A DNA stretch of 63,972 nt, filler included, from Octopus bimaculoides (lineage: Eukaryota): NCBI RefSeq assembly GCF_001194135.2. It is 3 parts of 3 records of this genome, joined end to end, with 100 filler letters (N's around TTAATTAATTAA, not from the genome) between each part and the next. Parts side by side here need not be neighbours in the genome. Positions count along the whole stretch, not along the records: positions 1 to 23,317 come from NC_068989.1; positions 23,418 to 38,017 come from NC_068990.1; 1 more part is not named here. One strand, given 5' to 3'. The first letter of the stretch is position 1. Every line of letters starts with the position of its first letter. Made by a program: the position numbers and the translations under genes. Below, in pieces: positions 13,810 through 24,480 of this stretch. Under the pieces are notes generated by a model. That model saw nothing but the letters and a program-made list of their open reading frames with translations. It searched no databases and was not told the origin of the DNA.

Positions 13810-14570
13810 GAGAAAGAGAATTAGAGGGTGAAAAAAAGAAAGAAAAAGAAGAGAGAAATAGTGGGAAGGATTGAAATCTCTGGAGAATTTATCTGTAGAA
13901 TTCGAATCATATTGAATGCTTTGGTAATTAGTCTGTGTTTCACTTATATTTCGTTAGGCTTGTTTTGTTGTTATTGATGTTGTTGTTTCGGGTTGGGAAG
14001 GGAGGAGTGGGGTGTTAGTACTCTTGTTTATTTTTGTTTATTCATATGTTTTGTTTTTGTGTTTTTCAAGAACATTGAAGAAAGTGCTATCGTTTTCACC
14101 GATATTGTTGTCGGTTTTATGGCTGGTGTTAGTGTTGTTTTTATTGTTGTTCTTGCTGTTGTGGTGGTTACTGCTGTTTAGACACATCAAGTGGACGGAT
14201 CCGTGTAGAAAAATGCTCCTTCCGTGACCATCCCTCCTTTTTATAGCTAAAGTTACATTTACCAGAATGCCGTTTCACTGAGCGGTGTGTGTACGTGTTT
14301 GTACGCGAGCACGCGCGTGTATGTGTTCGTGTGAGTGATGCGAGAGGAATTTGGCTGCCATTTTTTGAAAGCTCCTTCGTTGGACTGCGTAGCTGGTACT
14401 GTCGTAGCGTAGCTCCGTCCCAGCCCGAGTCGTGGTCTTCGTATTGGTGTCAGTGTTGTTGACGGCGCTGTTGATAGTGGTATCGACGTTGTTAGTGGTG
14501 ATGGCCGTGGTGATTATGACAGCGGTATTGGTAGTAACGTTAATAATGGTAGTGGTGCTGGAGGTGGCGT

Positions 14571-14963
14571 GGAGGCCCAATGCCCCAGTGGTTAGGGCAG
14601 CAGACTCGCGGTCATAGGATCGAGGTTTCGATTCCCAGACCGGGCGTTGTAAGTGTTTGTTTATTGAGCGAAAACACCTAAAAGCTCTACGAGGCTCCGG
14701 CAGGGGATTGTGGTGAACCCTGCTGTACTCTTTCACCACAATTTTCTCTCACTCTTACTTCCTGTTTCTGTTGTGCTTTGTAATTCAAAGGGTCAGCCTT
14801 GTCACACTGTCTCACGCTGAATATCCCCGAGAACTACGTTAAGGGTACATGTGTCTGTGGAGTGTTCAGCCACTTGCACGTTAATTTCACGAGCAGGTTT
14901 TTCCGTTGAACGGATCAACTGGAAGCCTCGACGTCGTAAGCGACGGAGTGCCAACAACAACAA
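14571..14963 (+). mobile_element. Full-length tRNA-derived SINE, family D, with 14-bp TSD
   Basis: Head ccagtggttagggcagcagactcgcggtcataggatcgaggtttcgattccc has A- and B-box-like motifs; (CAA)n tail. TSD gctggaggtggcgt at 14557-14570 and 14964-14977. Second copy at 55039-55398 (-). Confidence 0.9.
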
Positions 14964-15015
14964 GCTGGAGGTGGCGTAGATGTTTGTGGCAGTGAATTGA
15001 TATTGATATTAGTCC

Positions 15016-15076
<61 letters not shown>

Positions 15077-15166
15077 TATCGTGGTGGTGGTGGTGGTGGT
15101 AGCGTCGGTGATCGTAGATATAAAAGCATTGACATTGATGTTAATATTGTCTTCAAGTTTTGGCTC

Positions 15167-15558
15167 AGGGCCAGCGATTTCGGGAGAGTGGATATGTCTA
15201 TTACATCGACCCCAGTGCTCTACTGGTACTTATCTTATCGTCCTCGAAAGGACGAAAAGTAAAGTCTACCTGGGCGGAACTCAGAACTTAAAGAAGGATG
15301 AAATACATCTAAGCATTTTCCCCGACGCGGTAAAGATCCTGCCAGCCCGCCGCCTTTCTGTATAGTTATGTTGTTTTGGAGAGGGGATAAGTCGATGACA
15401 TCGACCCCAGCGCTCAACTGGTATTTATTTTATCAACCACCGAAAGGATGAAAAGCAAAGTCAACCTCGACGGAATTTGAACTCAGAGCGTTAAGACGGA
15501 TGAAATGCCACTAAGCATTTTACCAGTCATGAAAACGATTGCCACAGCCCGCTGCCTT
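15167..15558 (-). mobile_element. Two tandem decayed SINE family A copies (about 15167-15356 and 15375-15558)
   Basis: Both contain catcgaccccag...ctggta...aaaggaygaaa...aagtc...ctaagcatttt...gcctt. Confidence 0.8.
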
Positions 15559-16541
15559 GCATATTGCTGTTGACATTGATATACGATGTGGATGTCGTTA
15601 CCGTTTAGACCTAGATCATAACTGTGTAGAATTGTTATCAAAGGCATTTCAACAGTGAGCAGATTTTCCTTTTAAAGATACGTCTAAAACTACAAAAAAA
15701 TTCAGATGTATCGTTACCGCATGGATGGATTCCCAGGAGACTGAGATCGATTTGCTCTCAAAAATCAGTCGCAGGAAGAACCAAGTAATGACACAAGGTA
15801 TTCTACCATATTCTTACATTAATATTTCAAAGACAATCTTACTCAAGAGATAGAACTCAAGAAGCACAACGGCAAAACAACTTCTACTCTCTTAAGACTT
15901 ACTAGCAATATATGAGCGAACAAATGGTTCGGAATATCTTTCTATATCGATGTATAAACGTTTCCATTTCGTAGCCCAATTCTGCATGGAAGCGAGTTGT
16001 GGACAACGTAATTTGTACAAGGAAAGCAAACTTCATGAGTTTCATACTATGTCTGCACAGACTCCTTGTACTCAATTGGAGGGCAAAATTTTCACTGTCA
16101 TATTCCCTTTCTTTAGCCAACGACAGACAGACAGACTGACAAACAGACAGGTAAGTAAATAGGAAAATAGAAAGAAATTTTTTTAATGTAAACAATAAAT
16201 GAAAATATTGTAAAATCATATAGCGAGAAAAATGAAGAGATTGTGGAGATCAAAAAATAAAGCGTGAATTATAATGCGAGCAAGAACAGAGGAATTATAT
16301 GGAATGAAGATTAAGTTAGTGAGGCAAACAGAGAAAGGAAAGAAATGAAAACAAAACGGCATCAAGGGGCGATGCATATCCTGCGTGCACACAAGGATAA
16401 AATAAAATCTAATTTAATAAATATATTCTCAGAAGAATTCATATCTCAACAAAATGACAAGACAGTTCTATATTTAAGAGATGAGAAATTATGTACGTTA
16501 TTTACATTTGACGGATATTTGTCCTCATCTTGTTTGTTGTT

Positions 16542-16587
16542 AACACAACGTTTCGGCTGATATAACCTCCAGCCTTCATCAGGTGTC
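16542..16587 (-). ncRNA. Minimal type I hammerhead ribozyme in the Penelope 3' pseudo-LTR
   Basis: GACAC-CUGAUGA-A-GGCUG(GAGGUUAUAU)CAGCC-GAAA-CG-UU^-GUGUU. Stem I GACAC/GUGUU, stem II 5 bp, palindromic AACGUU helix III. PLE-associated minimal hammerheads are established. Confidence 0.8.
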
Positions 16588-16634
16588 ATGAGGAAATTTC
16601 GAACCTGGGTTCTCATTCCTAAGGTATTTTTCGA

Positions 16635-16667
<33 letters not shown>

Positions 16668-16669
<2 letters not shown>

Positions 16670-16740
16670 TCACTGCCTGGAATCAATCTTGGATTCTTGG
16701 GGTTAGTAACTCGCGCTCTTAACCACTACACCATATGCCC
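16668..16740 (-). ncRNA. tRNA-like (Pol III promoter-type) segment inside the PLE 3' region; not a functional tRNA gene
   Basis: GGGCATATGGTGTAGTGGTTAAGAGCGCGAGTTACTAACCCCAAGAATCCAAGATTGATTCCAGGCAGTGACC, 73 nt. A box TGGTGTAGTGG at 16723-16733, decayed B box GATTGATTCC, 5 of 7 acceptor-stem pairs. Confidence 0.7.
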
Positions 16741-18880
16741 GTGGGAAATTACGGAGTGAATTTTAGGGCTTATAAATCTAATATATTCCTATCCTTCTTT
16801 GATACCGCTTCCCATATGCTATTCATATCTGCACTCGGTCTACTTAGGAGGTTGTTGTGTCCTAGTATATGTGCTGCTTCTTTTAGTTTTCGTATTTTCC
16901 AGTGGTGCTCTTTGTCTATTATTTTAACTTCATCCCACAGGGGGAGGTGGTCTCCATTTTTCCATATATGATCAACTATACCCGATTTATCAATATCTCC
17001 TCGTGTCGCAGTTTTGCGATGTTGCTCTACCCTTATTTTGAGGGGCGGCATGTTTCGCCTTCGTATAACCTACCACAGCTGCATGGGATGAAGTACACGC
17101 AGTTTTTGGTCATATTCTCTTTTAGTGATGATTTTACGCGAAGGAGATATTTGCGAAGTGTTGTATTACTCTTGAATACTGTCCTGATGTCATATGGGCC
17201 GCATATCTTTTGTATCTTTCCGGAGAGGCCTTTCACATAGGGTAGACAGACTGTGGACAGTTAATTGGTTTCATTCTTTCTTTTCTTCATAATTGGAGTG
17301 GGTAGTATGTTTTTGGGGTAGTTGTTGCTTAATAGATTGTTACTGATCTTCATCATTCCTTCGCGATGGGTATCACGATCGCTACTTATATTATTTGCTC
17401 GATGTTTTAGGCACTGAGCAATCCCTCTCTTTACACTGTATGGGTGGTGGAGATTAAAGTTGAGGTATCGTCCAGTGAAGGTCGGCTTGCGGTATACGGA
17501 TGTCCTCAATCCATACTTGGTACGTCCAGGAATGCTAGATGGTTGTCTTTTTCCTTTTCCGTTGGGAACTGTTTGGATGGCTTTATTGAGTTCACATGGT
17601 CTAACAGCATGGTGGAGCCAGAGTATAAAGGTGTCATCAACATATCGCAGCCATAGGGTTGGTTTTAGTGGTGTTGATCCTAAAGCCAAATTCTCAACGT
17701 ATTCCATGTATATATTGGCTATTATCGGTGATAATGACGAACCCATAGCTAAACCCGCCCCTGTCGATATATATCAGTGTCCATACTGAAATAGGTAGTT
17801 TCTACACAGAAGGTCAACATTTCTATCAAGTTTCTTATTGGTATACTAGTGCGTTCTTTTTAGATGGGTGTCTGTCACTAGTTTTTCTTGAATCATCGAC
17901 AGTGCTTCACCAATTGGCACTTTGGTGAACAGACTTATAACATCTATACTCAGCATCTGGTTGGATTCAATGGGGGAATCATTGATCAACTCTGTTAAGT
18001 GGGTGGAATTGACTTTCCTGCTAATGGACTGATTATATCCACAAGGAAGCGACTCAGTGGATGACATGCTGAACCTCTACAGCTCACTATATGTCTTAAT
18101 GGAATACAATCCTTGTGAATCTTAGGAAGACTGTACATTTGTGGTAGTTTATTGTAGTGTTGAGTCAGTTGTCTGTACTTCGTCGGTATAAAGTGATCCT
18201 TGTTCTTAATCAAGATCTGTGACAACTTCCTCTCTGTTTTCAGAGTTGGGTCTTTCTTTACTTTGCTGTAGCTACCATCACTTATAAGACTTGCCAATTT
18301 TTCAGAGTAGTCAGACTTGTTCATCACCACTGTAACATTTCCCTTGTCCGCTGGAAGTATTATGATGGAATTGTCAGTCTGTAGTCTTTTGATAGCGAAC
18401 TTTTCTTCCTTAGTGATGTTTGGTTTGGGAAGTTTCGGTTTTTCTAGTACCTGTCTCACGTTCCACCTTAGTTCATCTCCCTGAGCTTTAGGTATCTTTA
18501 TGGCTATCTCTTCAATAGGGGCTATTATGTCCAAGTATGGAATGCGCTTGCTGGTTGTCGCAATGTTGAGACCTTTGTTTAGTACTCCTTGTTCAGAGCT
18601 TTCTAGCTGTCGGCTACTTACATTAATTACTGCTTTCACTGGTGAGTGACGGACTTCAGTCTTCATTCGCTGACCTTTGAGTTTCATAAACTTCTTAATC
18701 TGGCGTGTCTTCACCATTTCAGATTCTTTCATGTACGACTTTTCTGTATCTTGCTGGATTCTCTTTCTGTCATCATCTCTGGTTATTTTCCTAAGTAATG
18801 AATATAATCTCTCTTTGATTTCGTTATTTAGTTGATGTTTTTTCCAACGGTTGTAATGGATCCTCTCACGGAAATAATGT

Positions 18881-19133
18881 AAAATAACAAGAGTTATTTC
18901 TCCTGGTTATCGTTTATGCATATGTAACAAAGGAAAGAAAAAACATTTTGATTCACCCGTCCCCCAGTTTTAAAGATAGTCAAACCAAAATTTAATGAGT
19001 TCGAACCACTCAACCAATAGGTATTTCTCCCAAATTCCGTGAAAATCTGTTTAGCCGTTTTCCAGTAATTTTGCAAACACACTGACAAATAGACCAAGAT
19101 GAGCGACTACAATACCCTGCTTTCGCTTGCGTA
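18881..19133 (-). mobile_element. Helentron-type non-autonomous element (HINE/DINE-like) interrupting the PLE 5' region
   Basis: Starts gcaagcgaaagcagggtattgt and ends ctcttgttatt, as in the 62021-62395 element. Contains cggctaaacagattttcacggaatttgg, typical of this class. Confidence 0.55.
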
Positions 19134-19260
19134 AAGAGTTTATTGGTAGAGTTGTTGTAAAGAGTTTATTGGTAGAGTTGTTGTAAAGAGTTTATTGGTA
19201 GAGTTGTTGTAAAGAGTTTATTGGTAGAGTTGTTGTAAAGAGTTTATTGGTAGAGTTTGT
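19131..19260. repeat. 26-bp minisatellite (gtaaagagtttattggtagagttgtt) x5
   Basis: Units start at 19131, 19157, 19183, 19209 and 19235. Confidence 0.95.
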
Positions 19261-20268
19261 TAGAAGAGTTTTGATGGTAGAAATATGTTAGAAAGGATTT
19301 AGAGATAGAATCACACAGGACACCAAAAGCCATGGTAATAACAGAGAAATAGAAGCAGAAGGAACTAAAGTTATGAATATCGAAAAGAGAGTTTATTAAT
19401 AACGAGTCAGCAGTAAGAGTAAAGACTTAAATATATGAGGAACAAAGACGGAACTTCCTAAGAGAAACCGGACAGTAAGTTACATCTCATTAAACCCCTA
19501 TTTATGGTAAAACAGAGGCAACTTGGTTGTTATAAAGAGATGGGAGAAGTTGATTGTGAGAAACTAGTAATAACTAGTTATAGAATTGATAAAGTAAGAC
19601 ATACAGAGATGTGTAGAGAGATTATAAGAATAGAGAACGAGAGATAGCTAAAATGTATGAAGCAGGTTGGTTTAATTATTAAACAGTCCAGAAGAGAAAG
19701 ATGGTCTAACAATATAACAGAGAGAGAGAGAGGGGGAGAGAGAAGTAGAGAGACAAATAGACAGACAGACAGAGTGGAACTTGGTTATGCGTGTGAGGAA
19801 ATTGATAAAAGAGATAGTGTGAGAGAATGAAAAAGTGAGACAGACAGACATACATACAGATGGTAACGAACAGAGAGAGAAAAAGGGAGATTGGAAGAAA
19901 GAAAAGAGTTTGATAGTATACATGACATTGATTGATAGAATGTGGGAGATAAACTGATAGGTTAGACGTAGGGAGTAAGAGACAGAGCGAGAGGAAAAGA
20001 CAGAGAGATAGAGAGAGAGAGGGAGGGAGGGAAAAGGGGATAATTGACAGGGAGAGAAAGATTGAAACTTGGAGGTTGAGGAAAACAGCAGCGAAAGAGA
20101 GTGAGGGAGGATGAGCATTCGACAAGAAGGGAAACGGTGGAACATAAAGACCTCAGTCTTTATGAGAAATAGACAGAGATCAAGAAAGGTAGGCAGAGAG
20201 ACAGAGACAGAGATAGAGAGATATAGATAGGAGTGACAGAACGTGGGAGAGATATAGACGGAGAAAAA

Positions 20269-20306
<38 letters not shown>

Positions 20307-20918
20307 NNNNNNNNNNNNNNNNNNNNNNNNNNNNNNNNNNNNNNNNNNNNNNNNNNNNNNNNNNNNNNNNNNNNNNNNNNNNNNNNNNNNNNNNNNNNNN
20401 NNNNNNNNNNNNNNNNNNNNNNNNNNNNNNNNNNNNNNNNNNNNNNNNNNNNNNNNNNNNNNNNNNNNNNNNNNNNNNNNNNNNNNNNNNNNNNNNNNNN
20501 NNNNNNNNNNNNNNNNNNNNNNNNNNNNNNNNNNNNNNNNNNNNNNNNNNNNNNNNNNNNNNNNNNNNNNNNNNNNNNNNNNNNNNNNNNNNNNNNNNNN
20601 NNNNNNNNNNNNNNNNNNNNNNNNNNNNNNNNNNNNNNNNNNNNNNNNNNNNNNNNNNNNNNNNNNNNNNGGATACCTCGACATAAAAGATGTGTTTTAA
20701 ACATTCCATTTCATTCGGCTGTTCCTTATTCATATTGTTGCTGTAATTAATGTAGTTGGCTGTTGTTGCGTTGTTGTTGTTGTTGTTAATGATAGTATTG
20801 GTGGTGGTAGTTGTGGTAGAGATGTAGATTTTGTTACTGTTATTGCTGTGGGTACGGACAGTACTACTACAATGGTGGTGGTGGTGGTGGTGGTGGCGGC
20901 GACAGCAGCAGTAGTAAC

Positions 20919-20968
<50 letters not shown>

Positions 20969-21363
20969 ATGTTGTTGTTGTTGTTGTGATAAATGCGTTG
21001 ATGTTATTGTTGTTGCTATTTCTATTGGTGATCTATTAATTACTAATATTTCCATTCTGGCGAGTATAAGAGAAACGAGAAATTATAGGAACAGAGTCGT
21101 CACCCTGTTATATTACTGGTTCATAAAACCAACACCAGTAAACTAATAGGGTTCATCCATCTCACCTATTTTATTAACTCCAATCTTATTCCGATGTGAG
21201 AAATCAATATTTCAATAGATTGACTTACAGCAAGACTCCTCAACTGAGAAAGCCATCGTGTTTTAGATCCTCATTTCAATAACCTTTGTTATTTTGTTTA
21301 AACTCCTCGTTCATTTAGCTGCCATCTTGCTTTTAAGTCCCTCATTTCACCTATGCCACCATA

Positions 21364-21778
21364 TGGCGTGGCTGCGTGGTAACAAGCTTGCTTCCCAACC
21401 ACATGGTTCTGGGCTCAGTTCTTCTGCATGGCACCTTGAGCAAGTGTCTTCTACTATAATCTCGGGCCGACCAAAGCTTTGTGAATAGATTTGGTAGACG
21501 GAAACTGAAAGAAGCACGTCGTATATAAATATGTGTGTGTGCATATGTGTGCGTTATTGTGTCTGTGTTTGTCCCCTATCCCTTCACCACTTGAGAACCG
21601 GTGTTGGTGTGTTTATTTCTCCATTACTTAGTGGTTGGGCAAAAAGAACCGATAGAATAAATACTCGGCTTTAAACAACCGTAATTCCTGGAGTTGATTT
21701 GTTCGACTAAAAACCCTTCAAAGTGGTGCCCCGGCATGGCCGAAGTCAGATTACTGAATCAAGTAACAGAATAAAAGC
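21364..21778 (+). mobile_element. tRNA-derived SINE, family B, full length with internal (TA/TG)n
   Basis: tggcgtggctgcgtggtaacaagcttgcttcccaaccacatggttctgggctcag...gcaccttgagcaagtgtcttctactat...gatttggtagacggaaactgaaagaagc...tail gtggtgccccggcatggcc...gaataaaag. Confidence 0.9.
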
Positions 21779-21904
21779 ATATGCTTTAGGATCCACATCT
21801 TCCTAACACCGCTTCCTTTTTTAAATTCTACACTTTACTTACGCCGCTGGGGGTCATTTACACCTTCCTGAGATGCAGAGCTTTATTCCTTATATAAGGT
21901 AAGT

Positions 21905-22360
21905 ACTGTCTCGAGTCCCAGAACTCATCGGGCCGGTTGCACGGTTTCCGAATCGTATAACTGACCGAGATCGCAACATCACCTCGGAACGGAACGTCAG
22001 TCCGTCGCAGCTGAGTGAACTGGAGAAACGTCAAATGTACATATACGACGGGCTTCTTCCAGTTTCCGTCTACCAAATCCACTCACAAGGCTTTGGTCGG
22101 CCCGAGGCTATAGTAGAAGACACTTGCCCAAGATGTCACGCAGTGGGACTGAACCCGAGACCATGTGGTTGGTAAGCAAGCTACTTACTATACAGCCACT
22201 CCTGCGCCTATAATTGCGTCAGTCCGTCGCAGATGAGTGAACTGGAGAAATGTCAAATGAAGTGTTTTGCACATGAACACAAACCACTACCTGGTTCAAA
22301 AATCGAAACTACCGTCTTGCAATCGTGAGCGCAACACCCTAACTACTAGGCAACGCGCAT
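21905..22360 (-). mobile_element. SINE family C interrupted by a family B head (22038-22216, minus)
   Basis: Family C motifs on both sides; insert flanked by a 43-bp direct duplication (21995-22037 and 22217-22259). Confidence 0.8.
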
Positions 22361-22856
22361 TCACATTTCTTGTATAAAAACAGCAAAGTTTTATATTCTT
22401 TTATTGACACAAAACATCGATTCCATCTGCTTAGGTTTAAAGTCTGTACCGGAAAAGCAGGAACTGATTATTCACCCAGCTACGTAATTCACTTCTTAGC
22501 GTATCAGTGACATATTGTTGTCATTGAAAAGTGGCAGGCGTCATTGACTGCAATATGGTAGTAACTCTGTATGATTCTATCCTGAAGTTTTGAAGATTAC
22601 ACTTATATTACACTTACACTGCATTGATATCTTTCACTCTTTTACTTGTTTCAGTCATTTGACTGCGGCTATGCTGGAGCACCGCCTTTCTAGTTAAAGA
22701 TTTTTAAGAATTTGAAGAATACGATCAAAACAGTTTTTATTGCTGAATGACAATAATTAACGAAACTATCTTTCTGTTTGTCAAATATAGAGATACATAA
22801 AATTGTATTTCCAAACATAGTTTCTAACCCTTAAACTTATAGACGTTAGATGTTTT

Positions 22857-23091
22857 CTTCTTGAGCTATGCCAGGCTCATGAGAGCCGGTTTCCCGGTTT
22901 CAATGGCGTATAAATTCCCCACCTGGACACAGGACGCCGGTCCGTCGCAGGATTACTCATTTTTGCCAGCTGAATGAACTGGAGCAACATGAAATGAAGT
23001 GTTTTGCTCAAGAACACAACCTGTCGCTCGGTCCATGAATCGAAATTACAATCTTACGATCATGGGTCCAACACCCTAATCACTAAGCCAC
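22857..23091 (-). mobile_element. SINE family C
   Basis: gtggcttagtgattagggtgttgg...gttgtgttcttgagcaaaacacttcatttc...ctgcgacggaccggcgtcc...gaaaccgggaaaccggctctcatgagcctggc. The same tail occurs alone at about 44165-44235 (+). Confidence 0.8.
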
Positions 23092-23317
23092 TAAAATAAC
23101 AGAAATGTTCTTAATAACAAGAATGTGCCATATGTACTCCAAGAATTCTTTCTCATTCAGATATAAGAATTCTTCTCATATTTCGATAACTTCCAAAACA
23201 AAATCATAATCATTCTTCGTGAATATAAACTAGTCCCAGTGTAATATTTTTCTTTTTTTACATAGCTACGCCTCAAACATATCATAAAATCAAAATTAAT
23301 TAATTATTTTAAATAAT

Positions 23318-23417
23318 NNNNNNNNNNNNNNNNNNNNNNNNNNNNNNNNNNNNNNNNNNNNTTAATTAATTAANNNNNNNNNNNNNNNNNNNNNNNNNNN
23401 NNNNNNNNNNNNNNNNN
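23318..23417. other. Artificial 100-bp scaffolding spacer (44 N + TTAATTAATTAA + 44 N)
   Basis: Identical construct at 38018-38117; TTAATTAATTAA has stop codons in all six frames. Confidence 0.9.
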
Positions 23418-24189
23418 GGAAAGCGGACGTTAAACGATGATGATGATGATGATGATGTATATATACACATACGCACACACAAACACACACACACACACAT
23501 ATATATAGATAGGTATGTTGATAGATAGATAGATAGATAGATATCATTAGAAGAATCAATTTATTAGACGCAGTCCAATAAATGTCATCAAATGAATGGA
23601 ACAAGACTTGATGGTAATATACATTATGTATTTAATTTAACCAGACTGCTGTTTCTGTCGCAAAAGACCATATTTCAGTTATACAATTGAAGAATATGTA
23701 CGTCAACAAAAGTAATACACATCATTCTATTAAATCATTTGAACTCATCAGTGGATAGTAATTAAATATTTCAATATTCAAAGTTAGTACATTTAGATTT
23801 ATTCTTTGTGAACATCATATTAATTTCGTTTTCCAACTAATTTATTTCTTTCACTCACCAAATCAAATTCTCAACCGAAGTTTACAAGCGTAACTTCATT
23901 AGTATTTATTTCCTTTCATTCGTATTATTATCTAGTCATTACTCCCTCCCTATATATCTAATGGCAAATATATGAGATTTGGATTCTCTGTTTCCCAAAC
24001 CTATTTAGTATAATATCTTCGATAAATAATAGAAAACATGATAAATTCTACGAAAATATAAAGAATGAAATGCACAGAAAAACTTATAACAAAAAAGTAG
24101 AAGAAAATACGAAGGAAAATATGGATAATTTAAAAACGCCTACACAGACAAAAAGAAATATGAATCTACAACTGATAATAACATTAGAA

Positions 24190-24480
24190 ATCCCAAGCAA
24201 AAGTAAACTGTAAATGTAAAAACCCTGAAAGATGTATGTTAGACATGGATTGCAGCAGAAAAAGCGACAATAACTACACAGGATAGGTGCAATTTTTTTC
24301 TATTTCGGATCAATGGAGAACTGGGTTAAATTTAGAACAGCGACTCATGAATTGACATTTAGGGACCAAAATAAAATCAATAGTGCAGGATTATCAAGAA
24401 AAATATGGCAATTGGAAAGAAATAAAGTTAACTACACGATTAAATGGAAGATGTTGGCACACGCACCAAGTAGAATCCTT
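24190..24480 (+). mobile_element. GIY-YIG endonuclease relic of a second Penelope-like clade (Naiad/Neptune-type)
   Basis: KVNCKCKNPERCMLDMDC...ATITT...YFGSMENWVKFRTATHELTFRDQNKINSAGLSRKIWQLERNKVNYTIKWKMLAHA fits the CNC..CPL..C / YIG..E..FK.R...H..SF / LSK.IW.LK / Y.IKW.IL pattern. Confidence 0.7.

Larger units (their letters stand above)
16462..18880 (-). mobile_element. Penelope-like retroelement (RT + GIY-YIG endonuclease + 3' pseudo-LTR), decayed and frameshifted
   Basis: Successive frames give RERIHYNRWKKHQL...KTRQIKKFMKL, IILPADKGNVTVVMNKSDY, MGSSLSPIIANIYME...WLRYVDDTF, VYRKPTFTGRYLNF, NCVYFIPCSCGRLYEGET, IRVEQH...KLKEAAHI. Stop at 16770-16772. Confidence 0.93.

Noticed and set aside
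8001-14370. YY1-like GCCATNTT motifs (8001-8015, 12964-12973, about 14353-14362) that could mark start codons (for example MAETITETYF...)
   Set aside because: No splice donor or recognisable protein follows; short motifs like this are expected by chance.
15706-15797. Possible plus-strand exon (ag|ATGTATCG...ACACAAG|gt; CIVTAWMDSQETEIDLLSK...)
   Set aside because: No polypyrimidine tract and no recognisable homology; it needs RNA-seq.
16668-16740. Call as a genuine tRNA gene (and likewise the SINE heads)
   Set aside because: Mismatched acceptor and T stems, decayed B box, no poly-T terminator; embedded in repeats.
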